From contig JBMOPW010000011.1 in NCBI GenBank assembly GCA_049322915.1, forward strand, positions 70,642 through 134,641: a stretch of 64,000 nucleotides of DNA. The letters are read 5' to 3'. Shown piece after piece: positions 1 to 9,065 of this stretch. Source of the DNA: Candidatus Zhuqueibacterota bacterium (lineage in GTDB: Bacteria > Zhuqueibacterota > Zhuqueibacteria > Thermofontimicrobiales > Thermofontimicrobiaceae). Each line of letters opens with the position of its first letter. Positions within the stretch are counted from its first letter, which is position 1. The notes beneath the pieces are model-generated. The model worked only from the letters and a program-made list of their open reading frames with translations, made no database searches and was not told the DNA's origin. Both the position numbers and the translations under genes were made by a program.

Positions 1-70
1 AGACAGCGCCAATGAGAAGAGCAGAGAGAAGCGCGCGCTGCATAAAGGTATATTGCAATAATTCGAACAT
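1..70 (-). CDS. Metal ABC transporter permease (ZnuB/MntB-like), N-terminal fragment running off the window
   Basis: Not in the ORF track. ATG at 70 translates MFELLQYTFMQRALLSALLIGAV, a typical ABC-3 permease start (FMQRAL), directly downstream of the ATPase gene. Confidence 0.8.
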   Translation of the reverse strand, partial: MFELLQYTFMQRALLSALLIGAV

Positions 71-103
71 GAGAACTCCAATCCCGATTCAGGAAGAACG
101 TGG

Positions 104-901
104 TTATTCGTTTCTGTCCGGCCTTTTTACCACCAGATGGGGGACTTCGCCGTGCTGGAAGAACATGGTATCGCGGCCATACATCTGGTGCATTGATTCT
201 TCGCAGAGCACCTGTTTCGGCAGTCCGTGACAGATGAGTTTCTGGTTGAGACAGGCCACCGAATCGACGTACTCTGAAACAACGCTCACATCGTGCGTGA
301 CCATCACCAGAGTGAGGTGCAGCTCGTTATGGATTGAGTGGAGCAATTCGTAAAATCCCTCCGAAGCTGAAACGTCCATCGCCGCTGTTGGTTCATCCAG
401 AAACAGCAATTTCGGTTCCAACGCGAGCGCCCGGGCCACGAGCACGCGCTGCCTCTGCCCGCCGGAAAGCTGGCCGATCTGCCGCTTGGCCAGGTTTGTA
501 ATGGCCACGCGCTCCATCGCTTTCTCCACGGCCTCGCGATCGATTCTTGACGGCCGGCGACCGATGCCAATTTTGCCATAGCGCCCCATCATAATCGCAT
601 CGCTGACTCGGATCGGAAATTTGAAATCGATGTTGGTATGTTGTGACACATATCCAATATGTTCTCTGAGATGGTTCAGCTCTTTCGGCTTTTTCCCAAA
701 GACTGTCACCCGACCGGAAAGCGGCTCAATCAATCCGATCATTGTCTTCAGCAGGGTTGTCTTGCCAGAGCCGTTGGGCCCCAGAATTCCCCAGAACTGA
801 CCGGATTTGATCTGCAGTGAAATATCTTCCAATACAATTTTGTCCTGGTAGGCGACGGACACGCGCTCCAGATCGATCACAATGTTATCTGCTGGTTCCA
901 T
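104..901 (-). CDS. Zn/Mn ABC transporter ATP-binding protein (ZnuC-like)
   Basis: Walker A GPNGSGKT, signature LSGGQRQR, Walker B FLDEP, H-loop VTHD. Confidence 0.93.
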   Translation of the reverse strand: MEPADNIVIDLERVSVAYQDKIVLEDISLQIKSGQFWGILGPNGSGKTTLLKTMIGLIEPLSGRVTVFGKKPKELNHLREHIGYVSQHTNIDFKFPIRVSDAIMMGRYGKIGIGRRPSRIDREAVEKAMERVAITNLAKRQIGQLSGGQRQRVLVARALALEPKLLFLDEPTAAMDVSASEGFYELLHSIHNELHLTLVMVTHDVSVVSEYVDSVACLNQKLICHGLPKQVLCEESMHQMYGRDTMFFQHGEVPHLVVKRPDRNE

Positions 902-911
902 GATTTTTCCT

Positions 912-1859
912 TCATTTCAACGCCAGCGCCATCTGCTGGACATTATAGCGCATCAATGGAATGTATGAATTGAGGTGTTTTTCAGAACCCAATGGGTCCA
1001 GGAAAATGACCCTGGCGCTGGTCTCCTTGGCAATGGCTTCCGCTATTTTTGGCGAAGACTGCGGCTCTGCGAACACGGCGTTCGCACGAATATCCCGGAT
1101 TATTTTGATCAACTCGATTAACTCCTGTGGGGATGGCTCCCGCCCGGGCGTCTTTTGAATTACTGCGGCCTGGTCCAATCCATACCGCTGCGCGAAATAA
1201 ATCCATGCCGGATGAAAACAGACAAAACGCCGATGCTGCCAGGTCTGGACATCGGTGAGGATCTCTTCGTGCACCTGATTGAGCTGGTCGATGAAGGCTT
1301 TGGCGTTTTGCTCGTAGTCCGCGCTGTGCCCCGGGTCGATTTCCTGCAACGCAGCTTTGATGTGGCTGACCTGAACAATGACATTGATCGGATCGAGCCA
1401 GATATGCGGGTTGCCGGAAGCGTGGGAGTGAGATTCCTCAGCCTCATCGCCCGAATGCGCTGATTCCTCTGCATCGATGATGGGTATTCCGACTGACGTA
1501 TCGACAACCTTCAGCTTGCTGTCCCCCATGCTTTGTATCAATTTATCCGCCCAAAATTCCATGCCGACACCGTTGAGTACCAGCAACTGCGCCTTTGCTA
1601 CTTTTCGTAGCTGAGATGGTGTTAGTTCATAGGTGTGAGGACTTGCCCCTGGCGGCACAAGATTAAAAACCTCCACATGATCGCCGCCAACCTGCTTCAC
1701 AAAATCCGTCAGCGGTAGAATGCTGGTAGCCACCAGAATTTTGGATTGCTTCATCTCTGTTGATTTTGAACAAGTTAGCAAACTGCCAAAAAGAATGAGC
1801 GCTACGATGAAAGCGTGCTTTGCCCCGAAACGTCCGATTCTCATAAATTTTCTCTCCAA
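912..1859 (-). CDS. Zn/Mn ABC transporter substrate-binding lipoprotein (ZnuA/AdcA-like)
   Basis: SPHTYE, His/Glu-rich loop (SAHSGDEAEESHSHA), NPHIWLDP, FHPAW, AEPQ, LDPLG motifs; lipobox-like LLTC. Start codon uncertain. Confidence 0.92.
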   Translation of the reverse strand: MERKFMRIGRFGAKHAFIVALILFGSLLTCSKSTEMKQSKILVATSILPLTDFVKQVGGDHVEVFNLVPPGASPHTYELTPSQLRKVAKAQLLVLNGVGMEFWADKLIQSMGDSKLKVVDTSVGIPIIDAEESAHSGDEAEESHSHASGNPHIWLDPINVIVQVSHIKAALQEIDPGHSADYEQNAKAFIDQLNQVHEEILTDVQTWQHRRFVCFHPAWIYFAQRYGLDQAAVIQKTPGREPSPQELIELIKIIRDIRANAVFAEPQSSPKIAEAIAKETSARVIFLDPLGSEKHLNSYIPLMRYNVQQMALALK

Positions 1860-2045
1860 AAATAGTCACCATGTTTTGATGCTAACTCGAAATTCTGAAA
1901 TGAGCGTCCCAATTCTCGAACAGTCTTTTTTGATTTATGGAACACGCTGTCGCTGGCAGATCACCCGCGCGGCATGAAGACTTTCACTCTCCATCCCTCA
2001 AAAAACCAGTCGTCAGAGAATCCAGTACAGTACTCCATCTGAATT

Positions 2046-2086
2046 CAAACGTAATATATTATACGATTCAGGGTTCCCATTTTTAA
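2046..2086 (-). promoter_or_regulatory. Putative sigma70 promoter with overlapping Zur/Fur-like imperfect palindrome upstream of the metal ABC operon
   Basis: Minus strand TTAAAA-N17-TATAAT (-10 at 2058-2063) embedded in AATCGTATAATATATTACGTTT. Confidence 0.35.
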
Positions 2087-2165
2087 TGACACGCACATTC
2101 TGTTGCGATGCTTTTGATCGCCGTAAGGCAGGTGGCGAACTTCAAACCGGCTTTCCGCATCATCA

Positions 2166-3104
2166 TTAAAAATTGTAGACAAACGACACCCACGGCACAG
2201 GGAAGCCCTCCTCTAGAATTGAGGCGGTGATGATGAAACCGGCATCTACAGCCAGACGTTCGCCAAAGAAGCGAAGAGCCAGAGTGAATGGCTGCTCATC
2301 AACGTTGACCGCGCCGCCAAGAATGAACCAGTTTTCAGTCAGGAACGCGATGGAATTGGAGAGACGAATATTGCCGCCGACCATGAGAATCGGTGTATCC
2401 GACCAATGCACAGATCCCTCATCTGTATCCGCAAACCCGAAGCCGAGGCCGGTCGTGATGCTTTTATCGATTGTACCAAACGTGGCTACACCGTAAGCAA
2501 TGCCCATGGCAAACTCGCCGCCGAAGCTGATGTAAAGCGCTCCAACCGACATGGCCAGGCGATCCGAAGTCCGAATCCCGAGCTTTGGAGAGATGAATTT
2601 CAGTTGATCGCCGAATCCCGCTCCGGGGATTACGGAAAAGCCAGCCATCATAGTGAAATTGTTCGTGAAGCCATAGGAGACGCCCGGGAAAAAGATGTAA
2701 TAATCCGAAACGTAACCGTCTCCTTTATTGAGTGGTCGGCCCGTCGGACCGAAAATCAATCGCGAATAATTGGGATCGGATCGTGTGTATTTTTCTTCGG
2801 CAGAACCGATTTTAACGAACCGTTGGGAGGCGATTTTTTCGACCGGAACTCGCACTTCCAGGCCAGCAGCTGTCTCGACGACTATCGAAGCAGCATCGTA
2901 TTTCAGCACTTTGCCTTTGATCTGCGTTCCGTCTAACAGCTTGATCATAATCAATGAATCCTGAGCCGCCTGATACGAGCTGTCAATCGCTGAAGCAACG
3001 CCACTGCTCATCGCTTTGTTCTGGCGATCAACGGCCTGAACAGCGATGGTCTGTAAACTCATCCATGCGACGATAATGGATGTAAAAATCAAACGATTCC
3101 TCAT
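2166..3104 (-). CDS. Hypothetical secreted protein, possible outer-membrane beta-barrel C-terminal domain
   Basis: Signal peptide; 'IKLLDGTQIKGKVL' small beta domain; Gly/aromatic amphipathic strands ending in terminal Phe (VSFVYNF); RBS GGAGG. Confidence 0.7.
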   Translation of the reverse strand: MRNRLIFTSIIVAWMSLQTIAVQAVDRQNKAMSSGVASAIDSSYQAAQDSLIMIKLLDGTQIKGKVLKYDAASIVVETAAGLEVRVPVEKIASQRFVKIGSAEEKYTRSDPNYSRLIFGPTGRPLNKGDGYVSDYYIFFPGVSYGFTNNFTMMAGFSVIPGAGFGDQLKFISPKLGIRTSDRLAMSVGALYISFGGEFAMGIAYGVATFGTIDKSITTGLGFGFADTDEGSVHWSDTPILMVGGNIRLSNSIAFLTENWFILGGAVNVDEQPFTLALRFFGERLAVDAGFIITASILEEGFPVPWVSFVYNF

Positions 3105-3211
3105 GGCAGTTCCTCCTTCATTTAGCCTTTATTTCTATTTGTTGATCCCCACGAGCTGTGAATGATTGTGTCCCATTTGCCGCACAATTTAAAATAACGA
3201 AATTCGACAGG

Positions 3212-3745
3212 CTACCGTGATGTCAGCGCTTCCCTTATGTTAATCGTGAAAGTCTCATACAGGAAAATAGGAATTGTCACCAGATAAGCCGTCCAGAGGA
3301 GATAAATAAAAAGGCCAATGATAGCCGTAGCAATAGTCTCTGCAGTGCCGCTAAAAATTGATGCTGATAAATCATGAAGAAAAACATGTAGCCAAATAAT
3401 GGCCGGACGTGCAATGATCGAGATGGTGATTGCCGCTAAAACGCTTCTCAGAACGGTCCTTTTGTTGTTCCGGATGCCGGCATTCCAGCCAATTAAAAAA
3501 CTAATAAATCCCACGAGGACTGCAAAAAGCACAATAATCAATGATACTGTCCCAAACGCATTTATCTTTATATAACTCTCAGGCGGCACATCAACGAAGT
3601 ATTTTGACCAGTCGCTATCAGAGCCATTGTTTTTTAAAATGCTCTTATTAGTCTCAGGCTCGTACTGTGACAGGACTGTCGAAGTTGAAAGAAGCGCGAC
3701 CAGCATGAATAAGAGAAAAATGGTTTTTTTTCTTTTAGTGAACAT
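3212..3745 (-). CDS. Hypothetical membrane protein
   Basis: Start at ATG 3745 after GGGAG; signal-like N-terminus and about three further hydrophobic helices. Confidence 0.7.
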   Translation of the reverse strand: MFTKRKKTIFLLFMLVALLSTSTVLSQYEPETNKSILKNNGSDSDWSKYFVDVPPESYIKINAFGTVSLIIVLFAVLVGFISFLIGWNAGIRNNKRTVLRSVLAAITISIIARPAIIWLHVFLHDLSASIFSGTAETIATAIIGLFIYLLWTAYLVTIPIFLYETFTINIREALTSR

Positions 3746-3797
3746 TTTTTTCTCCCACAAAAAGACTAATAAATACAATAAATGTTAAAAATTTTAC

Positions 3798-3826
3798 TTG
3801 TATCTTGGATTAAAACTTTGTACATT
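3798..3826 (+). promoter_or_regulatory. Putative sigma70 promoter
   Basis: TTGTAT-N17-TACATT upstream of ATG 3868. Confidence 0.45.
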
Positions 3827-3867
3827 CGCCTCTTTAAATTTTGAAACTGACAAAGAAAGCGCAAACG

Positions 3868-4227
3868 ATGAACTCAAGCAAGAATATTTCAGTCACAGAC
3901 AACGATATCGTTCTGGTTTATATTGAACAACGTCCCACATTTTTCGCCCGAATCGAAGCGATTGCCCCGGACATCAACCGGGGATGGTGGCGCGTGAAGC
4001 TGCTCATTCTTCAGATTCCGCTCATCGTCACGACGTGGATTCTGGATAACGAACAAATACACGGCGCTGAATTTACAATGGGCGGAACACCGATGCGGCT
4101 TGAAAAAGTCGTTGCGCCGCCGGATACCCTTCTCGCTCCAAAGCCAAAAGACACATCATTCGAAGAAGATGCCCAGAAAAATCAACGCGCGCGCATCGTC
4201 TCCCTGAATTCACCAGCCAAAAAGTGA
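3868..4227 (+). CDS. Hypothetical small beta-rich protein
   Basis: Clean ORF between divergent and convergent neighbours, with an upstream promoter; motif FARIE...D...GWW.V.L..L..P....TWIL. Confidence 0.75.
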   Translation: MNSSKNISVTDNDIVLVYIEQRPTFFARIEAIAPDINRGWWRVKLLILQIPLIVTTWILDNEQIHGAEFTMGGTPMRLEKVVAPPDTLLAPKPKDTSFEEDAQKNQRARIVSLNSPAKK

Positions 4228-4232
4228 ACACA

Positions 4233-4838
4233 TCATACTCGGATACCATGCTGCTGCAATTCATGGATGAGCTGCTCGCTTTCCCGGAAATGCACTGTCG
4301 CCATTCCGATTTTATTCGCTGCTTCGACATTTTCGAGTAAGTCATCCACAAACAGGCATTGCTCCGCTGGTATCTTCAAGTCTGCTGCCACATAATTGAA
4401 TATTTCCAAATCAGGCTTTTTCAATTTGATGAGGTATGAAAGATATTTTTTTTCGATACGGCGAATTTCCGGTATGACCTCTTCGCAGTGCTGATAATGC
4501 CAGGGATCCACATTGGAAAGCAATGCCACAGGCATGTTTTGTGCGACCAGCGCCGCGAGAACCGCGATGGTATCGCGTTTGGGCTGGCCGAGCATGGTCA
4601 GCCACATAGCCCGAAGCGTTTCCAACTCCACCTGCTGACTGAATCGCTGACATGTCAGCCGATGAAATTCCTCCTCATCAATTTTGCCGACCATGAAATC
4701 AGCATGGGCTCGGTTATCGTTATTGCCCAGTATCTCCGGCACCGAAACATGAAATTCATCCGCGAATCGGTTCAAACAGCGGTCCACATCCACATCGATC
4801 AAGACGCGACCCAGGTCGAAAATGACAATTTTAATCAT
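4233..4838 (-). CDS. HAD family phosphatase (YihX-like)
   Basis: Motif I FDLGRVL, LLSN, KKPD..IF, FVDD...NVEAA...GM. Confidence 0.9.
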   Translation of the reverse strand: MIKIVIFDLGRVLIDVDVDRCLNRFADEFHVSVPEILGNNDNRAHADFMVGKIDEEEFHRLTCQRFSQQVELETLRAMWLTMLGQPKRDTIAVLAALVAQNMPVALLSNVDPWHYQHCEEVIPEIRRIEKKYLSYLIKLKKPDLEIFNYVAADLKIPAEQCLFVDDLLENVEAANKIGMATVHFRESEQLIHELQQHGIRV

Positions 4839-5102
4839 CCTCAAGCTTTCTCCGATATGATTCCAAAAACGTTTTGATTGCCATGTTGCACTAACTTAAC
4901 ATGAGTTTACGTAACTTTCAGATTAAAATCAAGAACTATTTGTCGCCAGCCCGTCTCCCACACTGGCATTGAACCGTAACCAACAAACCACTGGAATGTG
5001 AGGATGAAAAACAGGCGAGTCGGCTGACAGGACGATGATCAATCCTGAGAACAGCGATAAGCAGAGGCGTTGCGGTGCATGTCCGTTGCAATCAATGTTG
5101 AA

Positions 5103-6008
5103 TCAGCGGTGGTTTGATGGGCTGGCTGGTTGCACGGTTTCCCCTGCCCTGTCGAAAATTTTCTTCAAAAGGGATATGCTGGAATTGAGATAATTCATAA
5201 AATTCTCCGGATCCCTGACTTTGTGGGGCTCAATTTCCAGATTGAAAATGCCATCATACCCGCGCGCCATGAGCAGGTGGATATTTTGTTGAATCGGCAA
5301 ATGACCCTGACCCAGCGGTAAATGGGTGATTTGATCCTTGCTGTCGTGGACATGGCAATGGACGACCCGATCAAGAAATTCCTGCGGCGGAAATTTGCTT
5401 TGCAGATTTCGCTCGTACATGGAGAAGGCATGGCCAAAATCCCAGCAAATTCCCCACTTTCTGCTATCCAGTCCAGTAAGCAAATCCAGTATTTCGTGGT
5501 AACTATCGCCGACATGAATCTTCTCATTATCCGGCCGATTGCGCAGTATCTCCAGCGCCAGCGTCACTGCATCATCTGCCAGATGCGCTGTGAGCGTCTT
5601 CAGATAGTCCAGCGTCTGGTCAAATACCTCGTTGCGGGGGATTTCAATCCCGTAAAGCGGATGAATGACCCACAGCGGCGTGATGAAAAATTTTTCGTGA
5701 AGCTGCCGGGAAATATCCGAGATATTCTGTATCTGCCAGGGCACGTCGGCTGGAAACCGAATTCTGCCGGCAGCATGAATCGTGACATGAAAATCACGTT
5801 TCAGCACTTTCTCGATGGCGCGAAAAAGCGCGGAGATATCGACACGTTCGGTCAGTTTTAGTTCAATGCTCGTCAGGCCAAATTCCTTCAAGCGATCCAG
5901 CGACTGATCCATATCAGGAAACGCTCGCTCCCAGTTGGCTGGATGATTCGGATGCGGCTGATGCAACAGTGTTGACCAGAATAGCGAAAATCCGATTTTC
6001 ACATGCAT
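5103..6008 (-). CDS. Sugar-phosphate isomerase/epimerase-like TIM barrel (AP endonuclease 2 fold)
   Basis: Metal-ligand pattern LEI...WDFGH...HCHVHD...HLPLGQG...NLEI. Confidence 0.82.
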   Translation of the reverse strand: MHVKIGFSLFWSTLLHQPHPNHPANWERAFPDMDQSLDRLKEFGLTSIELKLTERVDISALFRAIEKVLKRDFHVTIHAAGRIRFPADVPWQIQNISDISRQLHEKFFITPLWVIHPLYGIEIPRNEVFDQTLDYLKTLTAHLADDAVTLALEILRNRPDNEKIHVGDSYHEILDLLTGLDSRKWGICWDFGHAFSMYERNLQSKFPPQEFLDRVVHCHVHDSKDQITHLPLGQGHLPIQQNIHLLMARGYDGIFNLEIEPHKVRDPENFMNYLNSSISLLKKIFDRAGETVQPASPSNHR

Positions 6009-6143
6009 CTCCCTGGAATATTAACTCACACAATCATTTGATTGACGGCTCGTACGGAAAAGGAAATCCCCTCCGGTCGATTTGCCCCGGGCAATCCATC
6101 CGAAATCCGATGGCTGCGGGGCGCCATCGTCGGAAGCAGTCGG

Positions 6144-8924
6144 TCACTCTTCGAACCACACTTCCAGCGTGGCGATTTTATTTTTACCGGCAGATACAGT
6201 GACAGAATTGCCATGCACCTCGGCTTCTGCCAGATGTTTCTCGTTCAGATTCACCCACTGCGCCTTGCGGAGGGTCTTCCAAAAACCAATGGCGCCCTTC
6301 ACTGTGTCCTCTGATGGGTTGAAGAGTCGCACGATCAATCCATTCCCGCGCGCTGATTTTTTAACGGCTGACAGGATCAATTCATTCGGCTGAATGCGGA
6401 TAAAACCGAGCGTCGCAGGCAGACTGCCCCGGCTACGTCCGCTTTGATTGAGCCGAAGTTTGAGATTGAAATTATTGGCGAATTGGTAAACGCCGCCTTT
6501 GTTCCAATCGCCTTCAAATGGATAAATAGCATATTCAAACGTGAACGGCCGCAGGCACTGGCACATCACCTGGGTCTCGTCGGTGCTCACATCTTCCGGA
6601 TTCGCCCCGATAATCGGGAAGCGGTACGTTCGCAGCAGCGTCAGACCGATGGTCCGCGCTTCGTCCTCGTGTACGGCATATTCAGGCAGGCCAATATTGA
6701 AAATCGCCAATCCCGATGCGCCATCGCCCACGCCGCAGAACATGTATTGCGGATAATACGGCAGCATGGGTTCCTTGAAATGAGACGTATCCGGCAGGCG
6801 AATATCGCGCTCCGTCACATCGAAATGGGTTTCGGAGAACGATTTTTCCGCGTGGGCATACCCGGACGGAAACATGGCGCGCAGCTTGTGGTCGCGAACG
6901 CGATTGTCCAGTTCAGTTTTAATTTCAAGGCTGCGAGCGCCTTTTTTCAATGTGATGACTGACGTTATTTCATAGGGCACCTTTTCCGGATTGCGGCGAC
7001 TGCGGTCAGCCAGCGCGTCTTTGGGCAGGCTCATTGTCACTTTCACGCGATACTGAACCATGATCGGCCCGTCCATAATTTTGCTGATTTCTGCCGGAGC
7101 GCCGATGCTGCTGAAAATTTCTTCCTGAGCCGTTGGCCGCTGTGTCGCATGATCGCCGACCTCGGAGCGGTCTTCAAAATAATGCAGTCCGTTGTACTCG
7201 CGCCCGGATTCCTTGTGCGTCAAATGAATCCGGCCGTCCGGCAAAATTTCAGCGCGGAGAAACTCATTCTCCAGCACATTCACTTTTGGAGAAAGCGAGC
7301 CGAAATTCACCTTTTGCCCACTCTGCGGTTTCACCACAAATGTCCTGTAACCCAATCCCGGAATCCGCTGCAACTCAATGGCGCAATGGAATCGCCGCGC
7401 GCGGTACGGGATGGGAAATTCATACGGATTCTTTACGATGGGACCAAACGGATAGTTGCTGAAAAACTGCACCGGCAGTTCAACGCCCTGTTCATCCTCG
7501 ACCGTGAACCAGCGCGCGTTAGCCTCCTCCGGCAGATCGATGAAGGCCGTGGTCACCTCGCTTCGCTCGAATTGGGCCGGATTGAAGGCGATCAGGCACA
7601 CGGCATCCTCGGGCAGGTTGCTGTTATCGATATTTTTAATGATATGCCCCATGGACTTGCGGGTTATGTTGTCGGCCAGATGGCGTATCTGTCGGTTGCG
7701 GTACTCCACATCTTCATGGACGAGATCCACACTGCAACCGGCAATGCTGTCGTGCGATTGATTGGCCAGATGATATTTCCAGGCCAGGTTCATCATGCCG
7801 CGCGGAAATTCCAACCCTAAAATTTCAGCGATCCCGGCCCAGGTATCCGCATTCTTTTGCAGCTTGATTTCGCACTGACGATTCTGCTGTTTCAAATACA
7901 TGCGGGCGCAGAGCATTCCCGGAAAAAGATTCTGCCACAGGCCGTCTACCATGGTGTAGCGGAATTCGCCCTTCATAATTTTCAAATCCCTGGCATTGGC
8001 CTTCACGGCCTGAACATAATCGTGAAACGAGCTGTGGATGTAGGTATCCCCGCTGTTCAGCGCGTTGGCGTGATGGATTAATTCCGGCGTTCGGGGATAA
8101 GGATTGACCTGATCCATACCGTCGAGGTAGAGCAACTGGTCACACGTGGCGTCTTTCACCGCGTGCCCTTTTATCTCCTCCAGCGCCTTGGGGAGATTGT
8201 CCAGATGCAATTGATCGAGATGGCCCTGGTCCAGCAGCCAGTAGTCAAAGCCGTACAATTCCTCATCGCAGGGATGGAACGGCAACTGGCCTTCGCTCCA
8301 GTGATAATCCCACTCGAACGGCCACTTATTCAGCGCCACCGGACGATACACGTGCACGTACCAGTTGGCGCGGCCGTAGGGATTCACCGAGCGCATGCCC
8401 ATAATCCGACTGCCGTCCGGCGCTTCCCAGATGAACTCGTGCATGGTGATTCGATTGTTATTTCCGCGATAGAAAAACATGTGATCCAGGCCAAAGCCGA
8501 GATAAATTTGCGGCATCTGCGAGGACTGTCCGAAGGAGAAAGGGCTGTAGCCGCTCCATTTCTGTCCCTTCCATTCTTCGGTGATGACCATACCCAAAAG
8601 CAAATTGCGCACAATGGATTCGCCGCTGATCTCCGGCGTGTCCGGCAGCGAGTACCAGGGCCCGATATGAATTCGACCCTGCTCTACAAATTTTCTCAGG
8701 ATCGGCTCGTTCTCCGGCTTGATCGCCAGATAATCATTCAGCGGCATGGTCTGGGAATCCAGTAAAAAGTATTTATAATCCGGATTGGTCTCCAGGATCT
8801 GGATCAATGAATCGAACATATCGATCAGCAGCATCCGAAATTCCTGGAACGGATAACGCCACTCCCGATCCCAGTGCGTGTGCGACACGACATGTATGTT
8901 GTACTTCTTCTCATGATCTGACAT
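6144..8924 (-). CDS. Glycoside hydrolase family 38 (alpha-mannosidase/MngB-like), cytoplasmic, atypical active site
   Basis: SHTHWDREW, LDSQT, IGPWY..PD..EISGESIVRNL, HDSIAGCSVD.VH, TLLR motifs; no signal peptide; PDxFG appears as PFSFG. Confidence 0.88.
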   Translation of the reverse strand: MSDHEKKYNIHVVSHTHWDREWRYPFQEFRMLLIDMFDSLIQILETNPDYKYFLLDSQTMPLNDYLAIKPENEPILRKFVEQGRIHIGPWYSLPDTPEISGESIVRNLLLGMVITEEWKGQKWSGYSPFSFGQSSQMPQIYLGFGLDHMFFYRGNNNRITMHEFIWEAPDGSRIMGMRSVNPYGRANWYVHVYRPVALNKWPFEWDYHWSEGQLPFHPCDEELYGFDYWLLDQGHLDQLHLDNLPKALEEIKGHAVKDATCDQLLYLDGMDQVNPYPRTPELIHHANALNSGDTYIHSSFHDYVQAVKANARDLKIMKGEFRYTMVDGLWQNLFPGMLCARMYLKQQNRQCEIKLQKNADTWAGIAEILGLEFPRGMMNLAWKYHLANQSHDSIAGCSVDLVHEDVEYRNRQIRHLADNITRKSMGHIIKNIDNSNLPEDAVCLIAFNPAQFERSEVTTAFIDLPEEANARWFTVEDEQGVELPVQFFSNYPFGPIVKNPYEFPIPYRARRFHCAIELQRIPGLGYRTFVVKPQSGQKVNFGSLSPKVNVLENEFLRAEILPDGRIHLTHKESGREYNGLHYFEDRSEVGDHATQRPTAQEEIFSSIGAPAEISKIMDGPIMVQYRVKVTMSLPKDALADRSRRNPEKVPYEITSVITLKKGARSLEIKTELDNRVRDHKLRAMFPSGYAHAEKSFSETHFDVTERDIRLPDTSHFKEPMLPYYPQYMFCGVGDGASGLAIFNIGLPEYAVHEDEARTIGLTLLRTYRFPIIGANPEDVSTDETQVMCQCLRPFTFEYAIYPFEGDWNKGGVYQFANNFNLKLRLNQSGRSRGSLPATLGFIRIQPNELILSAVKKSARGNGLIVRLFNPSEDTVKGAIGFWKTLRKAQWVNLNEKHLAEAEVHGNSVTVSAGKNKIATLEVWFEE

Positions 8925-9065
8925 GCGTTTCTCCTTGTCTCAGCGAAATATTTGATAACTCTTCTTTCAATTGTTCTGTTCAAAGCTCTATGCTTCATGC
9001 TGAAAAATCCCCGGTGTTCCGTGCGAAGGGCAGCGTTGCCATGCCGAAATAGCCGCTGCGTCGAT

